In this document: piece by piece, positions 17,501 through 25,995 of the stretch | How positions within the stretch are numbered: the stretch's first letter is position 1 | Layout: each line of letters starts with the position of its first letter | Program-made: the position numbers and the translations under genes | The notes under the pieces: generated by a model | The model's database searches: none | What the model was told of the DNA's origin: nothing | The model's input: the letters and a program-made list of their open reading frames with translations, nothing else | Assembly: GCA_051000715.1 (NCBI GenBank) | Contig: JBPCOB010000065.1 | Span: forward strand, 1-53,268 | Origin: Mycobacteriales bacterium | GTDB lineage: Bacteria; Actinomycetota; Actinomycetes; JALYNC01 | Direction of reading: 5' to 3' | Length of the DNA: 53,268 bases

Positions 17501-19422
17501 TCACGCCACACGCAGGCGAAGGCGTCCTGGAAGATCTCCTTGAGGTTGGCGGCCTCGAGCTTGCCGTGGCCGCCGTGCTGCAGCCCGAAGTCGTCGATCC
17601 ACACCGGCTCGCCGCGCCGCGGGCGGATCTCGTACGGACGCTCGTCGATGACCTTGAGACCCATGTTCTCTAGCACCGGCAGCACGTCGGAGAGCGTCGG
17701 CGCCCGGCCCGGCCAGAACAGCTTGAACCGCAGGAACCCGGCCGCTGCCTCGACCGGGTGGTACAGGCTCATCTCGAGATCGCCCTGCCCATCGAGCTGC
17801 TCGATGCGGGCGATGTCATGGACCGCGTTCACCGCGGCAAAGTCGGCCTTGTAAGCGGCGGGGAAGGCATCGGCGTACCGCTCGAACAGCGCGTTGCCCC
17901 CCTCCTCTCCGCGGGCCTCGACCAGCGCGACCTGCAGGTCGTCGCGCCAGGAGCGGCTGGTCGCGACGATTCGGGCCTCGAGTGCAGCCGCATCGGGATC
18001 CGGCAGATCCGCCACGTCGGCCCGGATGATGTAGTGCAGCCGAGCGAGCACGGACTCGGAGATGCGGGCGGTGAAGTCCGCCGTGGTGCCGTTGAAGGCG
18101 GACGTGAGGATGGCCTCCACCCGTTTGCGGACCTCGGTGTTGTAGCGGTCCCGCGGCACGAAGACCAGGCAGGACAGGAACCGGCCAAAGGTGTCGCGGC
18201 GGACGAAGAGCCGAACCCGCTGCCGCTCCTGCAGGTTCAGGATGCCCATCGCGGTTTCGAACAGGGCGTCGGCCGAGATCTGGAACAGCTCGTCGCGCGG
18301 ATAGGTCTCGAGGATGTCCAGCAGCGCCTTCTCATTGTGGCTGCCGGGGGGGAAGTTGGCCCGGTCCAGCACTGCCTGACAGCGCTGGCGGACCAGCGGG
18401 ATGGCGAGCGGGCTGGCGTGATAGACGACCGAGGTGTAGAGACCCAGGAAGCGCCACTCCCCGATGATCTCGCCGGCGGCATCGAAGCGCTTGACGCCGA
18501 TGTAGTCCAGGTATGACGGCCGGTGCACCGTCGAGCGCGAATTGGCCTTGGTCAGATAGAGGACGTTGCGCTCGCGGGCCAGCTGGCGCAGCTCCGGCGA
18601 CGGCGATGCCACGCTGGGCGCCGGCGGCGCACCGTCCTCGCGGCGCAGGATGCCAAGCCCCGAGTCGGGGACCTCGCGCAGCGTGTCGTCGCTGAGCAGG
18701 TCGTACTTACGGTAGCCGAGGAAGGTGAAATGGCCGTCGTCGAGCCAACGCAGCAGCGCGAGCGCCTCGGCCAGCTCCCCGGAGTCGACCGGCGGCGGCC
18801 GCTCGGCGTACTCGGCCACGATCTGCTGGGTGCGCTCCCGCATCCGCGGCCAGTCCTCCACCGCGGCCCGTACGTCGTCCAGCACCCTGGCGATGTCGTG
18901 CTCCATCCGCAGCAGCACGCCGGGGTCGCTCTGACGATCGACCTCGACGTGGATGAACGACTCGCAGTGGCCGTCGCAGGAGTCGCCGGTGGGCAGCACC
19001 TCGAGCAGCTGACCGTCATCGTCGCGGCGCACCCGCAGCACCGGGTGCACGATCAGGTGGATGCTCAGCCCCTGCCGGTTGAGCTCCATGGTCACCGAGT
19101 CGACGAGGAAGGGCATGTCCTCGGACACGATCTCCACAACCGTGTGCGGCGAGCGCCACCCGTCCTGGTCGAGCCGGGGGCTGATGACCCGTACCAGCGT
19201 CTCACCCTTGCGCCGGAAGCTGGCGTAGCTCCAAAAGGCCAGCGCCGCGCCGTACAGATCCAAGACGGTGTACCCGGTCAAGTCGTCGGCCGCCACCCCC
19301 CGGTAATACGAGCGGACGAAGGGGTCGAGCGTCGCCGCGGTCGGCTGCGGCAGCTTCTCGTACAGCTGGGCGACCACCTCGTCCAGTGTGGCGGCCTTGG
19401 TGGTTTCCTGCTGTGACGCCAT
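14530..19422 (-). CDS. gdh: NAD-specific glutamate dehydrogenase, large (about 180 kDa) type
   Basis: Uninterrupted 1630-aa ORF. The central catalytic region GGIRWSDR...KAQMVKNAVIVPQGAKGGFV and overall architecture match large actinobacterial NAD-GDH. Confidence 0.95.
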   Translation of the reverse strand: MASQQETTKAATLDEVVAQLYEKLPQPTAATLDPFVRSYYRGVAADDLTGYTVLDLYGAALAFWSYASFRRKGETLVRVISPRLDQDGWRSPHTVVEIVSEDMPFLVDSVTMELNRQGLSIHLIVHPVLRVRRDDDGQLLEVLPTGDSCDGHCESFIHVEVDRQSDPGVLLRMEHDIARVLDDVRAAVEDWPRMRERTQQIVAEYAERPPPVDSGELAEALALLRWLDDGHFTFLGYRKYDLLSDDTLREVPDSGLGILRREDGAPPAPSVASPSPELRQLARERNVLYLTKANSRSTVHRPSYLDYIGVKRFDAAGEIIGEWRFLGLYTSVVYHASPLAIPLVRQRCQAVLDRANFPPGSHNEKALLDILETYPRDELFQISADALFETAMGILNLQERQRVRLFVRRDTFGRFLSCLVFVPRDRYNTEVRKRVEAILTSAFNGTTADFTARISESVLARLHYIIRADVADLPDPDAAALEARIVATSRSWRDDLQVALVEARGEEGGNALFERYADAFPAAYKADFAAVNAVHDIARIEQLDGQGDLEMSLYHPVEAAAGFLRFKLFWPGRAPTLSDVLPVLENMGLKVIDERPYEIRPRRGEPVWIDDFGLQHGGHGKLEAANLKEIFQDAFACVWREEADNDGFNRLVLGARLTWREAALLRAYCKYLRQAGVTFSQAYMEQTVTANPDVARLLVELFHARLDPAMPPDPAGADKIVGRIETALDAIANLDEDRILRSFLAVVRATLRTNYFQRTRDGERKPYVAFKLDPGAIPMLPQPRPMFEIWVHSPRVEAVHLRGARVARGGIRWSDRLEDFRTEVLGLMKAQMVKNAVIVPQGAKGGFVVKRPPAERDALRDEVVACYSTFMRGLLDLTDNYAGDEVVPPRDVVCHDEPDPYLVVAADKGTATFSDLANSIAGEYGYWLGDAFASGGSAGYDHKEMGITARGAWESVRRHFREMGVDVQAEDFTVVGIGDMSGDVFGNGMLLSRHIKLVGVFNHLHVFLDPDPDPAVSFEERQRLFGLPGSSWADYDATKLSAGGGVFPRTAKSIPLSTEVRRILGVEDTRLSPADLIKALLRAPVDLLFNGGIGTYVKASSESHADVGDRATDALRIDAPELRARVVGEGGNLGLTQLGRIEYAVGGGRINTDFIDNSAGVDTSDHEVNIKILLNEVVVAGDLTEKQRNELLAEMTDDVASLVLAHNYRQAQAISITEATAAASLDRHARHMRDLERDGRLNRSLEFLPNDEAILERLAAGKGLTRPELAVLLAYSKINVYAALLDSDVPEDPYLGAELRRYFPELLRERYEKQMQSHRLRREIISTSIANALVNRVGSSFVHWLRTESGTKVTDVARAYTVVRDVFHLEALWLDVEALDSVVSAHVQTAILIESRKLVERASVWLLRSRRQPLDVGAEVAHFTPGVTVLAEALPELMVGADAEAMAGRVKRLRDQGVPADLAARIGALAPMSAALDIVEVAIGAGREVREVASVYFTLGARLELDWLRSEVTGLPVQTHWQALAKASLRDDLAIQHRGLAAGVLRLHGDGVGADELVDAWLEENETRVRRCLATFADLRAAGVLDIAMLSVAMRELRNLVQTGSVDRRATDGPSAGTDRQALAMAQVGQ

Positions 19423-19562
19423 GGGGCTGCCTCCGTCAGGGGTGCTGAGCCACTCCCTGAAGCCTTGCGCGGACCTCCGATGGTAATCCCGGGAGCGCTC
19501 GATCGGGGCCCTAAGCGGGATGGGGTAGACCGCCGGGGTCCCGTCAACGAAGGAGCCCGACC

Positions 19563-20696
19563 GTGCCGCTGTCGAGGTGGTCGGCCAGCGACTCGAGCTA
19601 CACGGTCGGAGTCGAGGAGGAGTTCCACCTCGTCGACGCGGAGAACGGGGAGCTGCGGCCGACCGGGTCCACGGTTCTCGACGCAGCGCCGAAGGTCGAT
19701 GGTGCGGTGGAGGCGGAGCTGCAGCGCTCCCAGGTGGAGACCGGTACGCCGCCCGCCCAGGCCCTGGCCGACGTCCGGGTCGGCCTGGTCGGCCTGCGGC
19801 GTGCGCTCGGCGAGGCGGCGGCGGACGCCGGCTGCCGCCTTGTCGCCAGCGGAACTCACCCGTCGGCGCACCGGCCGGCGGAGGTCTTCACCGACGACGA
19901 GCGGTACCGGGCCATCGCCGAGGCCTTCGGCCCGGTGGCCCGCCAGCAGACCGTCTGCGGTTGCCACGTGCACGTGGCCGTGCCGGACCGGGAGCTGGGC
20001 ATCGCCGTACTCAACCGGGTCAGGCCGTGGCTGCCGGTGCTGCTGGCGCTCTCGGTCAACTCGCCGTTCTGGCTGGGCGAGGACAGCGGCTACGCGAGCT
20101 ACCGGAGCCAGGTGTGGACCCGGTGGCCGACCGCCGGCACCGCGTGGGTCTTCGAGTCCCGAGCCGAGTACGACGCGCTGGGCGAGGCGCTGATCCGTAG
20201 CGGGGTGGTGCTCGACGCCGGGATGCTCTACTTCGACGTCCGCCCGTCGGCGCGCTACGAGACCCTGGAGTTCCGCGTCGCCGACGTCAGCCTCGATGTG
20301 AACGGCGCGGTGCTACTCGCCGGCCTTACCCGGGCGCTGGTGGTGAGCTGTGCCGAGGCTGCCGCCCGGGAGGAACCGTACGACCGGGTGCGCCCGGAGC
20401 TGTTGCGGGTCGCGCACTGGCGGGCCGGCCGGTCCGGACTCTCGGGCGAGCTGGTCGACCTGCGTACCGGTCATCCGGTGCCGGCCTGGGAGCTGGTCGA
20501 GGACTTCATGGAGCTGATCCGACCGGCGTTGGCCTCGCTCGGCGACGAGCTCGAGGTCACCGAGCTGCTGGACGGTCTTCGCCGCCATGGCACCGGTGCG
20601 GAGCGGCAGCGGGCGGCGTACCAGCGCCGGAGGTCCCTCGTCGACGTCGTCGAGCTGATCGTCGGGGCGACGGCCGGACCGGCCCGGCCCGATTAG
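19563..20696 (+). CDS. carboxylate-amine ligase, YbdK/GCS2 (glutamate-cysteine ligase family 2) type, paralogue 1
   Basis: VGVEEEFHLVD, CGCHVHVAVPD and NSPFWLGEDSGYASYR motifs. Confidence 0.85.
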   Translation: MPLSRWSASDSSYTVGVEEEFHLVDAENGELRPTGSTVLDAAPKVDGAVEAELQRSQVETGTPPAQALADVRVGLVGLRRALGEAAADAGCRLVASGTHPSAHRPAEVFTDDERYRAIAEAFGPVARQQTVCGCHVHVAVPDRELGIAVLNRVRPWLPVLLALSVNSPFWLGEDSGYASYRSQVWTRWPTAGTAWVFESRAEYDALGEALIRSGVVLDAGMLYFDVRPSARYETLEFRVADVSLDVNGAVLLAGLTRALVVSCAEAAAREEPYDRVRPELLRVAHWRAGRSGLSGELVDLRTGHPVPAWELVEDFMELIRPALASLGDELEVTELLDGLRRHGTGAERQRAAYQRRRSLVDVVELIVGATAGPARPD

Positions 20697-20730
20697 GCTC
20701 CAAGTCCTGTCCAGGAACCGCGACCTGCCT

Positions 20731-21474
20731 GTGGCCGGCGTGATCGCCGGCTGGGTGTTCGCCGTCCTCTTCCTGGACGCGGCGGCCGGCATCTGGCAGC
20801 AGCGCGCGCTCGGAGTGGTCACCTGGCTGCTGTTGCTGACGCTGCTCCGGCGCGAGCCGCTCGCCGTCCGGCTGCAGGTTGCGATTGCTGTCATCTTCGC
20901 CACCTGGGTGGAGTACACCTTCGCCGGTCAGCTCGGGGTCTACACCTACCGGCTGCACAACGTCCCGTCGTTCGTGCCGCCGGGACATGGGCTGGTGTAT
21001 CTGGGGGCGCTGGCGCTCGGCCGGTCCGCACCGTTCGCGGCCGCCAGGCGACTGGTGATCGGCATCGTGCTCGTCGCCGGCGGCTGCTGGGCGCTGTGGG
21101 GCCTGCTGCTGGCGCCGCGCCGGGACGTGCTGGGCGCCCTCTGGTTCGGTTGCCTGGCCGCGTTCCTGCTCCGGGGCCGGGCACCGCTGGTCTACGTCGG
21201 CGCTTTCTTGCTGACGGCGTACCTGGAGGTCCTCGGGACGTCGCTGGGCATCTGGACGTGGGGCATGCGCGACCCGACCGGCCTGCTCGCGATCGGCAAC
21301 CCGCCGAGCGGCGTGGCCGGTGGGTACTGCTTCTTCGACGCGGCGGCGCTCGCGCTGGCTCCCCGGCTGGGTGCGCTGCTGTCCCGGGCGACACGCTGGC
21401 GGCCTGCTGGCCGGCACGCGGACTGGGGCGCAGACTGCGACCGGGCACTGACCGGGGCGACCGATGCCGGCTAG
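20731..21474 (+). CDS. hypothetical integral membrane protein (about 6 TM)
   Basis: 247-aa hydrophobic ORF, 34 nt downstream of the ligase on the same strand. No family recognised. Confidence 0.55.
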   Translation: MAGVIAGWVFAVLFLDAAAGIWQQRALGVVTWLLLLTLLRREPLAVRLQVAIAVIFATWVEYTFAGQLGVYTYRLHNVPSFVPPGHGLVYLGALALGRSAPFAAARRLVIGIVLVAGGCWALWGLLLAPRRDVLGALWFGCLAAFLLRGRAPLVYVGAFLLTAYLEVLGTSLGIWTWGMRDPTGLLAIGNPPSGVAGGYCFFDAAALALAPRLGALLSRATRWRPAGRHADWGADCDRALTGATDAG

Positions 21475-21557
21475 CCCTCGGCCGGCCGACGCCCGACTAC
21501 CACCGCTGACCTGCCGACCGCTGACCTGTCCGTAGACCACCGACCGCCTGGAACTCG

Positions 21558-21974
21558 ATGGAAGCCGATCCGGAACGGCTGCGTGACATCCTCACCGTCG
21601 CGCATCTGCTCGCCTATGCCCGTTCGATCGACCCCGGCGCCGAGCCGATCTCCTACCAGCGCGACTGGTGGGACGGCAGCGCGACAACCGGCTGCCTGCT
21701 GGTCGAGATCGGCGGTCGCCGCCGCCGGGTAGTCAGTACCGGCGCCGATGACCCCGCGGTGCTTCCGGCTCAGCGGACCCAGGCCCGCCGCGCGCTCTGT
21801 AAGAGCCGGATGGCAATGAACCGGTTCCCACTACCGGCAACTCGACCGGACGGCCAACAGACCTTTGTCGACTCCGGCGACTACGTCGTCTGCGCGTACG
21901 CCGACTGCGGCGGCATCCGGCCCCTTGGGGACCAACCCGCCAACACCGGCTGTCCTCTCTGCGGCCGGCGCTGA
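21558..21974 (+). CDS. hypothetical protein with a C-terminal Cys4 zinc-ribbon-like motif
   Basis: 138 aa. CAYADCGG...CPLCG at the C-terminus. Same strand as the two preceding genes. Moderate GC3. Confidence 0.45.
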   Translation: MEADPERLRDILTVAHLLAYARSIDPGAEPISYQRDWWDGSATTGCLLVEIGGRRRRVVSTGADDPAVLPAQRTQARRALCKSRMAMNRFPLPATRPDGQQTFVDSGDYVVCAYADCGGIRPLGDQPANTGCPLCGRR

Positions 21975-22017
21975 CCCGCTTCGCGCCTACCGCCAGCTTC
22001 GAGCGAGCCCGCGCGGC

Positions 22018-22596
22018 TCAGCGGCTCATGACGCGGCGCGCGACCATGGCAGCGATGCCACCGAGAGCAGCGCGGGCAACCGGGTTGCCGGCCAGCGCGC
22101 CGAATCCACCGCCGCCACCGCCACCGCCGCCCAGCAGGCCGGAGGCCATGCCGCCCAGCCCGCCACCGCCACCGAGGCCGCCGGGACCGGCGCCGCCGCC
22201 GAGCAGGGAGCCGAGGAGCCCGGGGTTCTGGGAGTGCACCTGCCGCGTCATGCGAGCCAGCGAGCCGGGGTCGTTGGACTGTCCGTCGTAGCCGGTGTCG
22301 TAGCCCTCGGCAGAGGCGCGCTCGTGCAGCATGCCCGCGAACTGCGCCCGCGAGTCGGGGTCCATCCGGGAGAAAGAATCATGGGCGGCCGCCTCATAGG
22401 TGTCCGGGTCGACTTCGCCGGCGACCTCGTTGTAGCGGTCGCGGGTCTCCCCGTCCTCCAGGCCGTCCTGCGGAGCACCCTGCTGGTAGCGCGAGATGAA
22501 GTCGGTGAACTGCGAGGCGGCGCCGCCGCCGCCCGCGAGCTGGTCGAACAAGCCCACGTCCGCTCCCTTGTCGAGGTACCGAGCGCCTGTTCCCAT
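22018..22596 (-). CDS. glycine-rich hypothetical protein
   Basis: I chose ATG 22596 (MGTGARYLDKG...). The acidic N-terminal half is followed by poly-Gly tracts (GGGGGGGGGFG). It is divergent from the GTPase operon. Confidence 0.6.
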   Translation of the reverse strand: MGTGARYLDKGADVGLFDQLAGGGGAASQFTDFISRYQQGAPQDGLEDGETRDRYNEVAGEVDPDTYEAAAHDSFSRMDPDSRAQFAGMLHERASAEGYDTGYDGQSNDPGSLARMTRQVHSQNPGLLGSLLGGGAGPGGLGGGGGLGGMASGLLGGGGGGGGGFGALAGNPVARAALGGIAAMVARRVMSR

Positions 22597-22663
22597 TGCG
22601 ACGCACCGGCAAGCGACCGGCCGGCCAGGGTTGACGGTAGCCCGGACGGGCAACGCTGGCGAC

Positions 22664-24382
22664 ATGCAGGCCTCGGCGGCGGACCCGCCGCTCGTCGCCG
22701 CGCTCACCGCGCTCCGCGAGCGAATCACGGCACTTCGGCTCCCGCTCGAGGTGGCCGGCGCCGCGGATGCGCGGCGTGAGGCGGCCGGCATCGTCGGGCA
22801 GATCGACGACTACCTGCTCCCCCGGCTGCGTCAGCTCGACGCGCCGCTGCTGACCGTTGTAGGCGGCTCGACCGGAGCCGGCAAGTCGACACTGGTCAAC
22901 AGCCTGGTCGGTGAGCAGGTGACCACGGCCGGCGTACTGCGCCCGACCACCCGTGCGCCCGTACTGGTGTGCTCGCCGGCAGACCGCCGGTGGTTCGCCG
23001 ACGCGCGCATCCTGCCGGGCTTCGCTCGGACGACGGGCGCGGCTACCGACGCCAAGAGCCTGCAGCTGGTGACGTCGACGGGCGTACCGACCGGGTTGGC
23101 GCTGCTGGACGCGCCGGACATCGACTCCGTCGTGGCGACCAACCGGGAGCTCGCAGCGCAGCTGCTCGCTGCGGCCGACCTGTGGCTGTTCGTGACCACG
23201 GCGGCCCGGTACGCCGACGCCGTGCCGTGGGACCTGTTGCACACGGCCCGGGCCCGGAGCACCGCCCTGGCCATAGTGCTCAACCGGGTGCCGGCGGAAG
23301 CGGTCTCCGACGTGTCGAGACATCTCGCCGCGATGCTTCGGGACAACGGGCTGGCTGACGCGGCGCTGTTCACCGTGCCGGAGGTAGCGCTTGTGGACGG
23401 CGAGCTGCCGGCCGCGCAGATCGCGCCGGTAGGCAAGTGGCTGGAGGCCCTCGCCGCCGACGCCGACGGCCGGGCGGCGGTCGTCCGTACGACGCTCGGC
23501 GGCGCTCTGGACAGCCTGCGGACGCGGCTGCCCGTGCTGGTGGCGGCGGTGCAGCGCCAGCGCGCGGCGGCGGAGACTCTCCGGGCCCAGGTGAGCGCGG
23601 CGTACGGCGCTGCGGCAAAGGAGATCGACACCGGCGTACGGGGCGGCTCACTGCTCCGCGGCGAGGTCCTGGCCCGCTGGCAGGAGTTCGTCGGGACCGG
23701 GGAGTTCATGCGCAGCCTGGAGTCGAAGATCGGCCAGCTGCGCGACCGGGTGATCGCGGCGATCACCGGGCGTGCCACGCCGGAGTCGCAGCTGCGGGGG
23801 GCGGTCGAAAGCAGCGTCGACTTCCTCGTGCTCGATGCCGCTGACCGGGCGGCCGAGCGGACGGTGCAGGCCTGGCAGGTGGAGCCGGCCGGCAAGGCAC
23901 TGTTGGGTGACTCCGCCCGAGAAATCTCCCGGTCCTCCTCCGAGCTCCGTTCGCGGCTCGGCGAGGAGGTGCGGGGCTGGCAGGGACGGGTGCTCCAGCT
24001 GGTGGCGGCCGAGGGCGCCGACAAGCGGCTGGCCGCACGGATCGCCTCGCTGGGGCTGAACGGCGCGGGGCTCGCCGTCATGATCGCTGTCTTCTCCCAC
24101 ACGGGCGGGCTCAGCGGCGGAGAGATCGCGATTGCCGGCGGTACGACGGTCGCCGGCCAGCGGCTGCTGGAGGCGATCTTCGGCGACCAGGCGGTGCGCA
24201 CACTGGCCGCTGAGGCGCGGGTGGACCTGATGGCCCGGGTGGAACGTCTGCTCGGCGGCGAGGTGGCCCGCTTCGACCGGCTGCTGGAGGCGGTGGACCC
24301 GCCGGAGCAGGTGGCCGGCCTGCGCTCGGCCCTCGCTGACCTGGAGGCCGCCCGCGGTGGCCGAGCATCAGGTGCGCCGTGA
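22664..24382 (+). CDS. dynamin-like / MMR_HSR1-type large GTPase (DynA-like)
   Basis: P-loop GGSTGAGKST, then LLDAPDID and LNRVP G-motif equivalents, followed by a long helical stalk-like C-terminal region. Confidence 0.8.
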   Translation: MQASAADPPLVAALTALRERITALRLPLEVAGAADARREAAGIVGQIDDYLLPRLRQLDAPLLTVVGGSTGAGKSTLVNSLVGEQVTTAGVLRPTTRAPVLVCSPADRRWFADARILPGFARTTGAATDAKSLQLVTSTGVPTGLALLDAPDIDSVVATNRELAAQLLAAADLWLFVTTAARYADAVPWDLLHTARARSTALAIVLNRVPAEAVSDVSRHLAAMLRDNGLADAALFTVPEVALVDGELPAAQIAPVGKWLEALAADADGRAAVVRTTLGGALDSLRTRLPVLVAAVQRQRAAAETLRAQVSAAYGAAAKEIDTGVRGGSLLRGEVLARWQEFVGTGEFMRSLESKIGQLRDRVIAAITGRATPESQLRGAVESSVDFLVLDAADRAAERTVQAWQVEPAGKALLGDSAREISRSSSELRSRLGEEVRGWQGRVLQLVAAEGADKRLAARIASLGLNGAGLAVMIAVFSHTGGLSGGEIAIAGGTTVAGQRLLEAIFGDQAVRTLAAEARVDLMARVERLLGGEVARFDRLLEAVDPPEQVAGLRSALADLEAARGGRASGAP

Positions 24383-25995
24383 TGCGCCGGCGTAACGGTC
24401 GCCGGCCCGACCTCCACGAACGGTTGAGCGCGCTCGACTCGGCGGTAGCACTCGCGGACGGCCGGCTCGAGCCGGAGGCGGTGGCGGCCGCCCGGGCGCT
24501 CACCGCCCGCGCCGGCGAGCGACTACGGCTGAGTGAGGAGCACACCGTGGTGGCGCTGGCCGGCGCCACCGGGAGCGGCAAGTCCTCGCTTTTCAACGCG
24601 CTGGCGGGAACGGAGCTTTCTGCCGTCGGGGTTACCCGGCCGACCACCTCCACGGCGCACGCGTGTGTATGGGGGGCGGCCGAAGCGCAGCCGCTGCTGG
24701 CCTGGCTCGAGGTCCCGCGGCGGCACCAGCTGGCCGCGGATGTCGCCGACCCGGCGCTGGATGGGCTGGTGCTCCTGGACCTGCCCGACCACGACTCCAC
24801 CGAGACCAGCCACCGGCTCGAGGTAGACCGGCTGGTCGAGCTGGTCGACCTGCTGGTGTGGGTGCTCGACCCGCAGAAGTACGCCGACGCCGCCGTCCAC
24901 GACCGTTACCTGCGCCCGCTGGCCGGCCACTCCGGCGTCATGCTCGTCGTGCTCAACCAGCTCGACCGCCTTGCGCCGCAGGCCCGGCAGGCCTGCCTGC
25001 TCGACCTTGGGCGGCTGCTCGCGGCCGAGGGGCTGGGAGCGGTGCCGGTGATCGGGGCGTCGGCGCGCACCGGCGATGGCCTCGACGAGCTGCGGGCGAC
25101 ATTGGCCGAGCGGGTCGCCGCCCGCCGGGCCGCGGTCGAGCGGCTATCCGCGGACCTGGACCGGGCGGTGGACCGGCTCTCGGTCGGCTGCACCGGCTCG
25201 GGCGGCTCGGTCTCCCGGGCCGACCGGGACTCCCTCGTCGACGCCCTGACCGGCGCGGCCGGCGTGGACACCGTCGTACGGGCGGTCGACCAGTCCCACC
25301 GGCTCCGGGGTTCGGCGTCGACCGGCTGGCCGTTCTGGCGATGGGCCCGGCGGCTGCGTCCCGACCCGTTGCGGCGGCTACACCTCGGCGACCGACCAGG
25401 TCAGGGGGCGCGTACGTCGCTACCGACCGCCTCGCCGGTACAGTCGGCTCGGGTGTCGGCCGCCGTACGAACGCTCAGCGAGCGCGCCTCGGGCGAGCTG
25501 CCCGAGCCCTGGCCAGGCCTGGTACGTCACGCCGCCGGCCGCGACGAGCAGACGCTGCCCGACCTTCTCGACCAAGCTGTGGCCGGCACCGACCTGGGCG
25601 TCGAGCGCCGGCCACGTTGGTGGGTCGCCGCCGACGCCGTGCAGAAGACGCTGGCGGCGGTCACCGTCGTCGGCGCGCTGTGGCTGCTGGTTCTCTTCGG
25701 CTTCACCTACCTCCAGCTCCCACAGCCGCCGGTTCCCCACGTCGGCCGGGTGCCGCTGCCGACGCTGCTGCTGCTCGCCGGCGTGCTGCTCGGGCTGCTA
25801 CTGGCGGCGGTGTTCCGCCGGTTCTCGGCCGTCGGGGCCCGCCGCCGGGCTCGGGTGGCGCGCCGACGGCTGAGCGAACGGGTGGCCGCGGTCGCCGACA
25901 CCCATGTGGTCGCTCCGGTCAAGCACGAGCTAGCGGCGTACGACGAGTTCTGCTCCGCGCTCGGTCGGGCGCGGGGATGCGCTACAGGGCGCTGA
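24379..25995 (+). CDS. dynamin-like large GTPase with a C-terminal transmembrane hairpin (DynB-like)
   Basis: The GTG start overlaps the upstream stop (GTGA). P-loop GATGSGKSS, plus LLDLPDHD and LNQLD. Two hydrophobic helices near the C-terminus (AVTVVGALWLLVLFGF and LLLLAGVLLGLLLAAVF). Confidence 0.8.
   Translation: MMRRRNGRRPDLHERLSALDSAVALADGRLEPEAVAAARALTARAGERLRLSEEHTVVALAGATGSGKSSLFNALAGTELSAVGVTRPTTSTAHACVWGAAEAQPLLAWLEVPRRHQLAADVADPALDGLVLLDLPDHDSTETSHRLEVDRLVELVDLLVWVLDPQKYADAAVHDRYLRPLAGHSGVMLVVLNQLDRLAPQARQACLLDLGRLLAAEGLGAVPVIGASARTGDGLDELRATLAERVAARRAAVERLSADLDRAVDRLSVGCTGSGGSVSRADRDSLVDALTGAAGVDTVVRAVDQSHRLRGSASTGWPFWRWARRLRPDPLRRLHLGDRPGQGARTSLPTASPVQSARVSAAVRTLSERASGELPEPWPGLVRHAAGRDEQTLPDLLDQAVAGTDLGVERRPRWWVAADAVQKTLAAVTVVGALWLLVLFGFTYLQLPQPPVPHVGRVPLPTLLLLAGVLLGLLLAAVFRRFSAVGARRRARVARRRLSERVAAVADTHVVAPVKHELAAYDEFCSALGRARGCATGR

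Noticed and set aside
19423-19562. Search for a nitrogen-regulator (GlnR-type GTnAC-n6-GaAAC) box between gdh and the ligase gene
   Set aside because: By eye I found only an 8-bp palindrome GAGCGCTC and no convincing two-half-site match.
22081-22200. GCC/ACC-rich repetitive DNA
   Set aside because: It is explained by the poly-glycine tracts of the minus-strand glycine-rich protein and is not an independent repeat element.
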